Below are positions 42,409 through 54,732 of a stretch of 64,000 nt of DNA, piece by piece. A program made the translations under genes and the position numbers. Position 1 is the stretch's first letter; each line of letters begins with the position of its first letter. Source of the stretch: Klebsormidium nitens (Eukaryota; Plantae; Klebsormidiophyceae); the NCBI GenBank assembly GCA_000708835.1, contig DF237058.1, forward strand, positions 1 through 64,000, given 5' to 3'. The notes beneath the pieces are model-generated. The model was not told the origin of the DNA. It saw nothing but the letters and a program-made list of their open reading frames with translations, and searched no databases.

Positions 42409-45400
42409 TCATTGCCGCTCTAGCATCCAGTCGCGGTCCGCCCCCGCCCCTTTCTTGTCCCTCGCCATGTCGTACACCCCAATGTACGGATTGAAAACGG
42501 AGCCCAAATAGAGCTTCCCGTTATGTTCCTCGACTTCACTAGCGGCGGCAAAAACGCGGCCCAGGCTGTCAATCAGTGCGTCCTGCGCCTTTCCGTCTTC
42601 GTCGATGTTGAGGATAACCCCGATCGGTTTGCCCACGTAGACGAGGTACCAAATGAAGGGCTTAAACGGGAGCTTGAAGCAGAAGGACCGAATGGACGGC
42701 CAATAGAAAATGGAGTCCTGCAGATACGAATCACGGAAGTGAATCAGAAACCTAAGCGACTTCGCGGGGGAAACCGGAATGATGAAGAACCCGAGAGCAG
42801 GAAGCTCAGAAACGACTGACTTGACCCACAAGGTAGAAAAGAGTGAATATTGGAAATGAAGCTTGAAGTTTGCGAGTTGAGGCAATGATGCTTGCTGGGC
42901 GACGAGTGAAATTGCACGTCGGGAGTATCCATTCCGTCGATGCTTTTGTTTGAGAATCAAAAGGCCTCCCTCTTGGAGGCTCCCGTACTCGTCGACCGTC
43001 AAATGCACGGGACTCGGTTCAGCATTGCTGGTTCGAGTGTAACATATAAACTACGAATCTCTATGGCCAGGCAGTCTTCTTCAAAGCAGCAAAGGGAACC
43101 ATTTCTTGCTTTCCGCCAAAATTGGATCGGCAAGCACTGACGAACCAATGTGACTCCTGGCCGCGACGTCGATCTTGAACAAAACGAGAGCACTTCTGGC
43201 GACCAGATATCTCGGAAAGCTAAGGAAATGTAGATCGCACGGAGCTCACCATGACTTTAGAGCGCCCGGTATGAAGCGCCACCCAAAAGCCACCCCTCCC
43301 GTCGGGGCGAATGTTGTCGGGGTATCCGGGCAGGTTGTCGAAAAAGACGTCGTGCGAGCCGGCGGTTGGGCCCTTCAGCCAGTACCGCACGATCCTGCAC
43401 AACGGATTCAGGGCGGTAAACTTCAGTCGTTCGGACCGTTCGAGAAAATTGGTATGGTTTGAACATCTCCGGCCACGGTTCAAAGATGCCCAATCGAGCG
43501 GTCCAGATATTCACACCCAAAGAGAATTTTGATCAGACGACACGTGCAGTCCAAACAATCGAACAGTTCACTCGGTCGATCCCGACGATCCAAAAGATGG
43601 GAGAGAAAATGATGAGAGATTGCACAAATCTAGACAAGACAACAACTGGATAGCTTGAATCCACCATTTTAAAGTTCAGCTCTTCCAGTCTGGGCGATTC
43701 AGGGCTTCATTCAATCGAAAAAGCTATTTAGGATTAAAAGCAGTCCACGCAGTCATCTAATTGATGCTGTTACGATAGGCAGTACTGTTCTGCGGGATCA
43801 AGCGAAGTTGGCTTGCTTTCTACTGGAGTCGGTTTAAACAGGAGGCTAATTGTCCGTTGTTTTCGTGATTATTAGGGTCGGCTTGATTAATATTCAGTTG
43901 GTCTAATGCAAACAAGCAACGGCAAAAGTGATCGAGTCGGATCTCAGTTGCTGGCTCGGCTGGAAAACACTCTGTCCAGATTAAAACGCACTTTCCTAGG
44001 GAGAAAGGAATATAAGCGCAAGGGTACTTCGTAGAATTAGGGCTAAAGCCAAAGTTCTTTCCAATCTGCAGAGCGAACAGAGCCCCGATGGCACAAAAGC
44101 ACCCGCTGACTCATCTTCGCAACAAATGGCATCGCTCACCTGGCAAGAGACAACTCGTTCACAAGCACAAACGACTCGTCCGAGGAAAGGGCGACCCCGT
44201 TCGCGAAGCGCAGCCCTTTTAGCAGGACGGTCGTCGTGTTGGTCGCCGGATCGTACTTGAGCAGGCGCCCCTCCGCCTGACCCTCGGCGAAGGCCAGGAT
44301 GAACTGCCTGCACGAATGGGGGGGTAACACGTGGCTAGGAACGGGCTCGTTTAGAGAAAGGTATACGTTCTTTCGCGCGCATAGAAGGTTCGTGGCAGGG
44401 TGTCTGGAAGCTTCAGTCGAAGACCGAAAACGTGCTCGCGTGGCTTCTTGCTGTCAAAACACGTCACTGCAGAGCGAGGTAACCCACACGATTGCAATGC
44501 AAGCCGAGCGAAGAGGCAGATTGGGAGCTGCCGATCGGAAAAGGAAAAGAGCCGTTCCCCCGATTAGCACTCACTCGCGCAAACTTATGGTACTCCATAT
44601 CGTCGCTCTCTTGTCCGATCAATGTCAAGGACGGCACTGGCCGTCTTCTATCGCAACGATCTGAGCCGTCCGATCGCCAATGCAAGTGCGGTTGCTACGC
44701 CCACTTTAAGCGCAACCAAACGATACGAAGGGGAAACAGAAGAGAAAGGCCAAGCCCAGTCCAGAACTAAAAGCACCCACCTTCGTTTCCATCGGGGGCT
44801 CGTATCCGTGAAGTAGACGCACCCATCGGACGCGATGTCGAGGTCGTTCGCGAACTGGAACCGCTGGCCTTCCGCTTCGTTGCTGATGACGGTTGCGAGG
44901 CCCCCCTCAGGGCCGACTTTCATGAGACCGAAATACGCGTCCATCAACCAGAGATCGCCGGTCCTGGATTTAGAAAAACGAGGTTAAGTCTCAATTTTAT
45001 ATTGTGTCAGGTGTATGTCGAGTGTTTAAAGTCCCCGGGCTCCAACAAACCAAAAACCTAAACCCAGATTCAACATGCTCCGCACCCGTACCCACCCTAA
45101 ACCCCCACATATCCACGTATCCACCAACCCCACCCGTCCCCCGGGCCTGAACCTAAGTCAACATAGCCGTAACTCAGCTTAAAATCGAGAGTACTAAAAT
45201 GAGGTGGCGCTTGGGAGTTTTCCAGATCCCCTGCTTTTGTTGAAAGGCCGCTCTACACTTCGTCTTTGCTTTCCACACTGCATTGTCTTTCTTACCAAAG
45301 GTCGACAAGAGAAATTCACACGCCTGAATCAGGACTCCAGCAGGGGTACGAATCGATCCCTGACGCTCGGCTGAATTGCGTTCCAATTTCTTAGACTCTG

Positions 45401-47581
45401 AAATGACTCGGAACAATGTGAGCGCGAAGCACAGAAGATGCCCTAGCTCGTTGTAAAAAAAGAGTTTGAGCTATCCCAAACACGTGACATCATGCTCTGA
45501 TATGCCACATGACTCCTCTTTATTCGAAGGGCACGCGCTCAGTAGACTCTGAAGACACAGCTTTGCATGCGGATTAGGGATGCGAGGCTGAGACTTCCAT
45601 ATTTGATTGATAGAGTGTTTATTGCCCAAGTAATGCAGGCCAGAACGTGCTTTTGGTTTGACTCCATTGCTTTACGTTCTGATAAATCACTGACCTCGTT
45701 CAAACATGTTCAATCAATCATGCAAGTTCACAAACCTTGGTTGACTTTGGTACACCCGGTTTGCGAATGAGAATGACGCTAGCCACGCTGCGCCGCAAAT
45801 TCGCAAAGTGGGGAGAAGAAATATCAAAACTTTCTGGAACACACGAAACATCATAGCTGGTCCGTGTTGATCTCTGGAAGGTATGAGTTCTAACAAAAAC
45901 GGAAAAAAGGGACAACGAGTAGGAAACTGAGAGAACAAGAGCGGACAAGGATGCTAATGGAGAGTCATGTCGAGGACTTGGATTCACCAAAGTTGTTCAT
46001 GATTCGAGTTGTGGATCTTTTGTGAAAATCGACTGGACGTGTTCCGTTTTAGCGGGTGGGCCACTTTCAACAATGACCGTCTGAAAACACCCTAGACACA
46101 CAACATACACAACTTACAGATCCGCAAAAAGGGATATCCGAATCAACGCGTTAAAAAAGGGGAAAGACAGCGCACCACACTCACTCTTGATGGAACTTCA
46201 AACCAAGCACCCTCCCGCAGGTGTCCTCCGCCTCTAGTTTGTCTCCACAGGCCGCGGACCGGTTGGTGCTCGTCCAAGCGAACGTCTCAAAGCTCTGTCC
46301 GTCGTCCGAAACTTTGATGATTGTACCATCGTTGATGCCGGTGTATGGCCCCTTCCCCTGAAGTTGTTCAAATTACGTGCATGAGAGAAATGCTTGAAGT
46401 GATCCAGCGGTGAAGAACGAGGCATGGTTGGAGCAGCACGAATACTCTCATTTGCTGCTAGCAGTTCAGAGTGTTGGGGTCCAAGTTGTGGACGGCAAGA
46501 TAGTAGATTTGGCTGACTTTCTCTGAAGAGTCAAAGACATTCACGGGGGTGAGGCCTTTGTCAACAGAGCTCTTCACATAAACAGGCAGTTGAAGTCAGG
46601 CGCCCGCCAACGCTACTAGTTTGTTTCTACTGAGATTGCGACCTGGGGAAATTTGGGGAGGTCCGACTTTGATTGAAGGTGTCATCCAGTCCGTTGACCT
46701 CAGAAGACTACTCCCAAATGGAGACATTGAATTCTTGCTCAAGATGCGAGCTGTATCTATTGCGACAGCGTAGACTTGAGACAGACTGGTTAACTGTACA
46801 AGCGGAGGACACGAGTCGTAGCTTGCCGGGCTATAAGAGAGTGACCCTGCCTCCTTGACTCTGTCGCATGAAACTTCAGCCAAAGCCCACAGGGCAGCCA
46901 TACCTTAAGCTGGTGACTTGATCCCTCCGCTTACCTACTTGATTATATAAGCAGGGCTTCCCTTCCTTTACTTCCGATCAATTACAGCTGTATTTACTTC
47001 TTTAACAGCACCGCACTTCAAATTTGCGCACTCCCAAAAATTGCCAGTCAGATGCAACTCAGATGCAACATGGCAGCACTGCCCCAGAAACCAAAACTAC
47101 ATTTGCAGTGTCCTTTTTCCAATCAGTAACAGCTGGTTGCCTTGCTTTTTCTCGAGGTCGCAGCATTGCCTATAGAATCAGTAGTTCACTACTTTTTCTC
47201 AAAGTTGCAGCATTGCCTATAAAACCTGTAGTCCACTGCAGCAAGACAAAGGATATGACTATCAAGCCTGCATGAATTGCTTATCTAATAAATCAACCAC
47301 GCAAACACACAGCAATCAAAGCATACACGCAGCACCAAATGGGCTCCTCTTGCCTGGGGATCAAACGCCATGCTCTCTGGACCCCGCAGCTTGCCTTCGA
47401 GCAGCCTCTCTGAGAAGGACAACCGGTTGCCCCTATCTAGGGACGCCACGTCATAGCGCAGCGGTTCCAAGCGGACAACCGCAGGGTTGAAGTCTGTGTC
47501 AGTGATTGGGCTCAGCTTCAGAGGATCAGCAATCAGCAGGGCAGTTAGGGCCACCAGGACAGTCAGCAGATAGCGCGCCAT
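42409..47581 (-). CDS. Strictosidine synthase-like (SSL/APMAP-like) beta-propeller protein with N-terminal signal anchor, 401 aa, 6 exons
   Basis: Exons 47581-47354, 46357-46185, 44963-44781, 44307-44140, 43394-43250, 42717-42409. Motifs GPESMAFDPQGKGPYTG, CGRVLGLKF, ANDLDI, YFTDTS, GRLLKYDP, FANGVAL, LPGYPDNI, SEVEEHNGKLYLGS. Intron 1 needs a GC donor. Confidence 0.93.
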
Positions 47582-47692
47582 TGAGCTCTTCCGTTGCTGC
47601 TGCAGGACCCTCCCTCCTGGAAAAAGCACAAGGCCCAAGGGGAACGCCAGCGTCTTGATCGAGCGAGTGGGTTTCCTTCCGCCTTTTAAGTT

Positions 47693-47729
47693 TTAGGGTT
47701 TCTTTCCAGTAGTCAGGATTTTAGGGTTT
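47693..47729 (-). promoter_or_regulatory. Two telo-boxes in the SSL / UPF0664 divergent promoter
   Basis: TTAGGGTTT (reverse complement of AAACCCTAA) at 47693-47701 and 47721-47729, within the 327-bp gap between opposed ATGs. Confidence 0.65.
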
Positions 47730-47908
47730 GACTTTCAAATTTCAGCTGCATGCTTTGCTTCTCTCCAAGCAGCTCATTCTTCGTCTTCAACTTCGAGAGT
47801 CCGTCCAAAGGAGAAAGTAGAGACGCGTTTAGCCAGCAAGGGCCGCTCAAACCTTCCATTGTTAGAACTGAGCGGAAGGGTTACCTTGCTCGCTACTGTG
47901 GGGCGAAG

Positions 47909-50900
47909 ATGGCAGTAAACCCACAGGTCGATGCACACAGCGGGCTTCCGATCCCGTTCATAGGTGAGATGTTTGTTTTGGCAAGGGAGGGGGTGGAGTT
48001 TCAAGTGGACAACGTGCCAGGGTGAGTGGTGCACCTTTTTCGAAAAAGTCCAAGAAAGTGCCTGCATGCAAAAGTCGCTTGTGCGGCCACTGAGCTATCC
48101 TGTGCGACGGCATTGTCTTGCCGGAAAAAGGTTTCTCTTGGAAAACTTGCTGGTTTTTAGGCTTTGAACCAGAAGGTGCTTTTTGCCACTCACTTGAAGC
48201 AGCAATAAAGGCGGGCAAGAACGGAGTGGTTGACCTTATAAGAAGGTTTTCATTGACCCTTTCTATAAAGTTTAAGAAGGTTTTGATAGCCGTCGTGAAA
48301 TTTGCGTCGTCTTTGTGGTGGGCTGAAAAGGTCGTTTTCACCAGACCTCACTATCTAAAAAGCCCGACAAGCCGGTTCTACTTGCTACTATTCCCCTCCG
48401 CGGCTCCCGAATGCTGGGCCGCTGAGCGGAAGTCTTCTGTGTAGTTCTTGTCCCCCAGCAATGACGCTATCACGGCTCCTTAGGTCAAGGTCTTCACGGG
48501 AGAGTTGCGCAGCCTCTTCAAAGAGGCAGCAGGGCCACCAAAAAAAAAAGTGGATAAAGGAAATCGAGCTCAAGTACGACGCGTTTTGACAAACTCTCAT
48601 TGATCTCCGCAGAGTCCAAGGGGGCAAGTGGGACGCTCGGGGCACCATCTATTTGTCTTCGATCCGCATCATCTTTGTGGCCAAGACTCCTTCCAATACG
48701 CTGACGTCATTTGACCTTCCGTTGGTGAGTCTTCAGCACAGTGCCTCAAACAGATAGCCAGTCAAAGTTTCATCCCTTTTCTCGCTTTTCAGGGCTTTGC
48801 AAGATCTGGTTTAGGTGTCTCTGGGAGGTCGGGTTTGGGGTTAAGGAGCTCGTTACAGATCAATTGAGATCTGGTCATGATGGCTGGGAAAGAGGGTGAG
48901 CAGGGGTTGTTCAGCAAGTGTTGTTATGTCCAGAAGTTCAGAAGAATCTGCCATTGACGAGGGGGTCTACGGGCAGAGGTTTGATTGTAGCCCAGGTTGT
49001 TCATAGAGCAAGAACTACGTGATTAAATTTCTTCCCACCGTACTGTTGAGCAACACCTAAGCATGTGGTTCAGCTGAGAACTAAAATCCGAAGGACTTGA
49101 AGACTTTTGATATGTCCTTCGTAATTGTAACTTTACAAGTAAAGAAGAAGCGCGCTCACTTCAATACCGCATTCGAAACATTCTGAGACCGAACCGCATG
49201 GCCCAACTATATCGGTCTGATCCATTGCACAAACATGAAGTAAGTTTTGCTCCTTGGGAAGTGAGTCCTCGAGGCCTTACAACAGGTGTATGGAACCGAA
49301 GACTCGTTGTGGTTTACATAATTTGGCTTAAACCTGTTGACACCTTTTAAGATCTCCCCTCATGTTGTGCCAGGTGTACATCCATGGGGAGAAGTTCAAC
49401 CAGCCCATTTTCACATGCAACAACATCTCAGGCCAAGTGAGCCCGGTAAGTCAAGGAAATCATACTGTTGTCTCGTGTTTGTTGAACGTTCCTGCCACAG
49501 CCTTTTTCATAGATGCATCGTCCGTCTTTTGTTAGTGTCGGTCAATTCTGGGTCGTCGAGGCCAACCGACTTGAGGAATCTAGCTAGAACTGCTGTCTGA
49601 ACATTGGGGTCTTGCAAGTGGTGTATATATGTGTGCTTCCCTTTCCGCTTCTTCGCACGCGTTTCTCGAACAGCCGAGCTTCCTGCTCGACATCCATTTC
49701 AATCTCTTTTCCTACGACTTGACAAAACCATGAATATCTACCGCATCCCACTTAAGCGGCTGTTTACTTTGCCGCTTTTACGGATAAACTGACAACTGCA
49801 AGTCTCTGCTTTCGCTTACCGTCTGGTCCTTTTGGGCACCCATCTCCGCTAGAGACACGTCCCGTTTAAGCAACCTCGAAAGAGCTCAAATCTGAGCTCG
49901 ACGGAATCCTGAACGTTTGTTCGTGCTCCTCGCACACTTCGGAAGCTCAGATGCCTGCTACCTTACGCACAAGTAGGTTCTATTATGAAAGTGGCGTGGT
50001 ATTTCGTCTTCACCCGACGATTTTGGGTCGGTTACTGGGCCGACTGTCGCTGCAACCCCCTCCAAAGTCGCGATTTTCGTGAAATCAAATTGAAAACTGC
50101 GATGGAGTCATCGCTCTGTGACGTCACCGCGACCAGCTATTACACACTCACCGCTGAATCGTGCTTTGCAAATGGTACAAAGTGGCAGATTCTGAGCGAG
50201 CGGCTCCCTCACAGGTTCATTTGAAATCGTCAACTGGAGGACCCTTTGTCATGAACCCAGTGTCCGATCACTTTCGACTTTTCGGGACCTATCCCCGTCA
50301 ACCTACAACACACGCAACCCGCCAAACCCCTTTCGCATGGTGCTTCCCAAAGGCGCTTCTTAGGCAAGCGTCACCTTAAGCATACTTGTGAGCCAGTTTA
50401 TTATCCTACCATTTTGGTAGCAAGACCTTGTTTTTTGGCCCTTCTTTTCTATCACTCAGATTTTCCACATCCTTTTGGGCTCTTTTTACTACGTCAACTC
50501 TCTATATTTTTTACATATATGTATTTCAAATTATTTTAGCTTTTATTTTGAAAAGGTTCAATTTTTTCAATACTACTTTATATCAATGATGATTCATATC
50601 TTTCAGGTGCTTCCAGAGGGCGCTTCTTGGGGCGAGCGGCCCCCCCACAGTTTCAAGATTCTGTTCAAGGAAGGGGGCGTCGGAACGTTCGTGCCCCTCT
50701 TCTTCAATCTGCTGAAAGCGATCCGCGCGCAGATGCCGCAACAGCAAACGCCCAGCGCGCCCCCGTCGCCGATCCCCGAGCAACAGCCGCAAGTCGATGA
50801 GATGCTACGCAGCGCGTAAGTGGGCCGAAACTGGTGGTTTTAGTCTGGTCACTGGGTTCCGTTTCCCCTCAAATTTTTCGGGCACCCGTGTTCGAATTCC

Positions 50901-51978
50901 CCCTCCGTTAGTCTTTGTCGTTGTAAAGCAGTATGCTGTCGATCATCTCCTGATGTCTCGTCTTTGCTGTGACGATAAGCCCCTCTCGCCGACCCTCAAA
51001 GAACAGCGCAACTCGATGAGATGCTACGCAGCGTGTGGGTGAGCTGAAGCTGGGTTTGTTGATTTCATTACGGTTTGACTTTTGCCTAGGCTTTTATGGA
51101 ATCGTTTCTCTTGTTGATTTTTATCTGCTTATCTTTCCGGTCAAGTCTACTCCGTCTTCGACTGCATGTCGGACTGCATGTTTTGTTGTTTCGAAGCAGT
51201 CCGCTGGACGATAGCGGCCTACTCAATGTGTTCTCCTGGTAATGTAGTCTCACTCTCTTGGCGTCCCTTCTCCGCTTGCTGTTTGTGGAGTCTGCATAAT
51301 AAGCTGTGGACTAACAATGCTGCTTACAAGTTCAAGGCGGAGCCTTTATAACAGTCAGCTTGTAAAGTCAAGTTGGCAGAGAAGTAATGCCCGCCGGTCG
51401 GGAACGTTTCTTGTGAATGTGCATCCTAGCCTGGTTTCTCGTTGGGGCCCGATCGGATTATTGCTTGTCAGCTTCAACCCGAGTGCTGCGAAGCAAGGTT
51501 CTGGGCAAGCGTCTCCGAAGTAGATTTGTTTCAGAGTGTCACAAGTTCACGTTCATGTGAATACGCGTGAATGCGCCGGCAGGGGAGAGTGCGAGCTCCC
51601 GGAGTCTAATGTAAACCTAACAAGGATTCCGCCCAACCGCATCAGGCTTGCGAACAAGTTTTCCTTTGTCTCCCTGAAGTATCATCGGAAGTAAGTCGGA
51701 TCCGCAGATACCACGACTGAAAACTGTAGTTATTGAAGAACTAGTTGGGTATCCGCGCCACCAGTCAGATTCGTTGACAACGACGTCAAATTTATTGCGT
51801 TTCAGCCTCTGATATTCCAGAGGGCGACGTCCGTTTCTAGTTCCTTTCATGTACTTTTGGACGTCCGTGCAGGTACGTTGACCCGAACGACCCGTCCAAG
51901 CTGTACCTGCAGCAGCCGTTCACGTCTCAAGACGGGCTAAGACGGCGCAACTACGCGAGCCAAGGGGCGGACACGTAA
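47909..51978 (+). CDS. UPF0664 / WBP2-like GRAM-PH domain protein, 203 aa, 5 exons
   Basis: Exons 47909-48021, 48613-48724, 49374-49445, 50607-50815, 51873-51978: MAVNPQ...PFIGEMFVLAREGVEFQVD...GTIYLSSIRIIFV...FDLPL...EKFNQPIF...HSFKILFKEGGVGTFVPLFF...VDEMLRSAYVDPNDP. Confidence 0.92.
50760..51060 (+). repeat. Decayed copy of UPF0664 exon 4 3' end inside intron 4
   Basis: TCGATGAGATGCTACGCAGCG occurs at ~50794 (true) and ~51013, with weaker similarity on both sides; offset 219 nt. Confidence 0.85.
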
Positions 51979-53328
51979 GGTTGGATTGTCGTCGGGCTTT
52001 CAACAACATTTTGTATGTAAATACGAACCCTCACATCCGGCAGGGTTTAGCCAACATCAACCCCATTCTGGTCAGGTGGGGAAGGCAGCCTGCATCGATC
52101 CACCCGATGAAGCATCGTGTATGAATAGAGAACGTATACTTCTAAGGCAGACTCTGATGTACATTGAATGGTCTATAAGTCACGTTTGAGTTTTAAGGTA
52201 ACTTTTTCTAGTCTTTGAGCTCGATCGACCTTTCCAAGAATGCCGCCCTCAGTGCTTTCGTACAAGTTGCAACTTCAAACGACACGCGTGTGTCAAAGGC
52301 ACGCGCTACCGTCGTATTGATGCTTCGTGTGCACATTCAATGTGGTGGAATAGAGCATGGCGATCTGAGTCAGTGGTGGGCGTGAGAAGGTGCGGTACGT
52401 GGGGGCTGAGTCTGCTAATAAGTTAACTTTCAGATCTCAGTTTAAGGAGCCGATCCGAAGGCCTACGTGGGCGGCCATTAGAATAATGTACATAAGATCA
52501 ACAGCTGCCGCGCCCGGCTCCCACGACAAATATCCTCAGTGTCGGGTGTGTACAATCATCGTGCATGCACTATTTTCATATTCCCGACAAGTGTGCCCGC
52601 ATTGGATCCGATTGAATCAATGATGTCGAGGAACCGGATTCTTGTATGGTACATGGAGCTACGCATGCAAAATGATACATAGGCTCGAGCCATGATCAGT
52701 ACGTGGCCTCAGTGGTGCCCATGCTAATTGTATTTATAGTTGTAATTATCATGCCTCCAACTTCGGTTTGCTTAACTCCAGAGAATTGCACGAGCAACCT
52801 CAATTCGGAAAAGCGTATATGCAGCATGGTTGCCAGTTCCAGCTGGCATTGAGTTCTTCGAGTTTGCGCGGCACGCTCGAAAAGCACGAGTCATAAATCG
52901 CTTGATGCTCAGGCTTCTAAGTTCTAGAAGCTGGGGTTTTGGAGGCACAGGAATCGAGTTGCAGCATTCTGCAGGCACGTACGGGGCATTCAATGTAGCA
53001 ATCTGTTCTTAGACAACGACTGAACTTTTGAACCAGAGGGCATCGACCGGGGCGCAGGCCGGGCTTTCGCTGTCCTCAGTCTCCACACAGCTTCGGGAGT
53101 GAAGTGACGTTCGTCAACTTTCTGCAGGAGCTAAAGCGAAGCGCATGATCAAGTTCTCAGTTGTCAAATTGCAGATTCTGGACAAGCTTGAGTTCGTCGA
53201 ATCCGCATGTGACAATCGCCCGTGCGCACAACTCGCCAGAGGCGTTTGAAGCGTACAAGCAAGTTCCGTTTGTCAAGTGAACGACCGTTTCAAAGTAACG
53301 AATTGTGCTTTCATTGCAGCAGCAAAGT

Positions 53329-53474
53329 GGGGCTGTAACTCAGCGCTAGAGTGCCAATGACCCGGCCAACTCGGAATAAGCGCATATTCCGAGTTGGGTG
53401 GCAAGCTCGGAATAAGCGCATATTCCGAGTTGGGTGGCAAGTGAGAAACGCGGGTTCGATTCCCGCCAGCTCCA
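53329..53474 (+). ncRNA. tRNA-Ala-like element (146 nt) with anticodon arm replaced by a duplicated hairpin; atypical tRNA-like RNA, pseudogene or SINE head
   Basis: Acceptor GGGGCTG/CAGCTCC+A with G3.U70; D stem ACTC/GAGT; T arm GCGGG-TTCGATT-CCCGC; B box GGTTCGATTCC; T-tracts downstream. The insert contains an exact 36-nt tandem duplication (53370-53405, 53406-53441) and a 13-bp perfect stem. No canonical anticodon stem. Confidence 0.75.
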
Positions 53475-54732
53475 GACTCTCACCGACACTCTCCTTTTGC
53501 AGATCAGAAAGTAGTTTTTCGAGCTACTCCACTACATTCTAGACGGCCCCGTCTGAGTGCGACGCACTCATGTTGCACAACATTGAGCACCGCCGCTCAT
53601 TGTAGTAGACGCGGAAAGGGGTACCCTGGTTTGTACGCTTGCAGAAAACATGCCTTGCAGTGCTTAAAATGATGGGCTTGGCAGACACTGTGAAAAATGG
53701 GCCCCAGAGCCAGGCCTTCTTACAAACAAGAGCATCGCCTCGTCTGTTGGGAGTTTCTTACAGTACGGGCTGTACATAACAAGTTTTCGCATCAGTGCCT
53801 TCTTGGCAGCGTTGCCACCCGTTCGTCTATCCGCAGAGCAGGCCCTTGATCCGCTGCGGAAGTTGACTCCAACTTTACGTAAAAGTGGTCCTGAGGACCT
53901 GCAAGGGTTCAGTTTGAAAACGACGTGTGTTTATCGCAAACTGCCTCAAGAAAGCTCATTGATGATTCTCAGGTTTCCAATAGAGCCGTAGCTGACGGTG
54001 ACCAAGCTTCCCGGCTTATGGTAAGAGACGATGAGCAAGAAGGTTTTGCAGCATCCGTTCAAGTATTCCATTCCATATTCAAAAGCGGCGCCGCTTTGGA
54101 ACAGACCGAAAGAAGCGAGAAGCGCGCTGGTATACATTCGTCGGGGCCACATCTCATTCGCGAATGCTGAAGGTCATGCACGATCCAGCGTATCATTACT
54201 TTTGCAAGTCCGACCCGTCTGAAGACAAAAGAGAACAAGCATTTTACTTGCTTACGAGCTACAAGTTTCCCTCACAGTCAAACCGTTGACCAAACGCCTA
54301 TGTACACCATCAGAAAAACACCGAGTCCCGGATCTCGTCACTCAAGCTCTTTCTATTCATCAATACTACATCATACGAGCTGGAAAACGAGAACTGTGCT
54401 CGTGCTAGCAAGACCTTGGAAACTTCCTTCAAGTTAAACTCACGGGCTGTACTGTTTCGACAGAACTTCGCAAGCGTGATGGCTCTTACGAGCTATCTAT
54501 GCTCACAGTTCTAAAGCTGACAACCGAAATGGTCTCTTAATGAGCACACTCACTCCCTAGAAAGGGGAATTGATGACTGGCACTCTTGCATACTAAAGCT
54601 TTGGACCTATACAAACACACACTTCTCCAGCAAAAACTCTCACGTTTCCTTCCCGCACCTTGCGAGTAGCCTTCGTATCTAGAAAACAGGGACTTCACTT
54701 CCCGCTTGACGCTCTAGAGCGAAACGCTCCAC

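Noticed and set aside
45025-45160. C-rich telomere-like tract with GTCCCC(C)GGGC repeats, similar to 6720-6790
   Set aside because: Only short shared words, with no TIR, TSD or regular periodicity; probably a compositional intron feature.
52395-52706. 8-bp direct repeat GTACGTGG as the TSD of a second MITE
   Set aside because: No terminal inverted repeats between the copies.
53329-53474. Canonical intron-containing tRNA or true tmRNA
   Set aside because: No 37/38 split gives a paired anticodon stem with U33; it has a D arm and is too short to hold a tag reading frame and pseudoknots.
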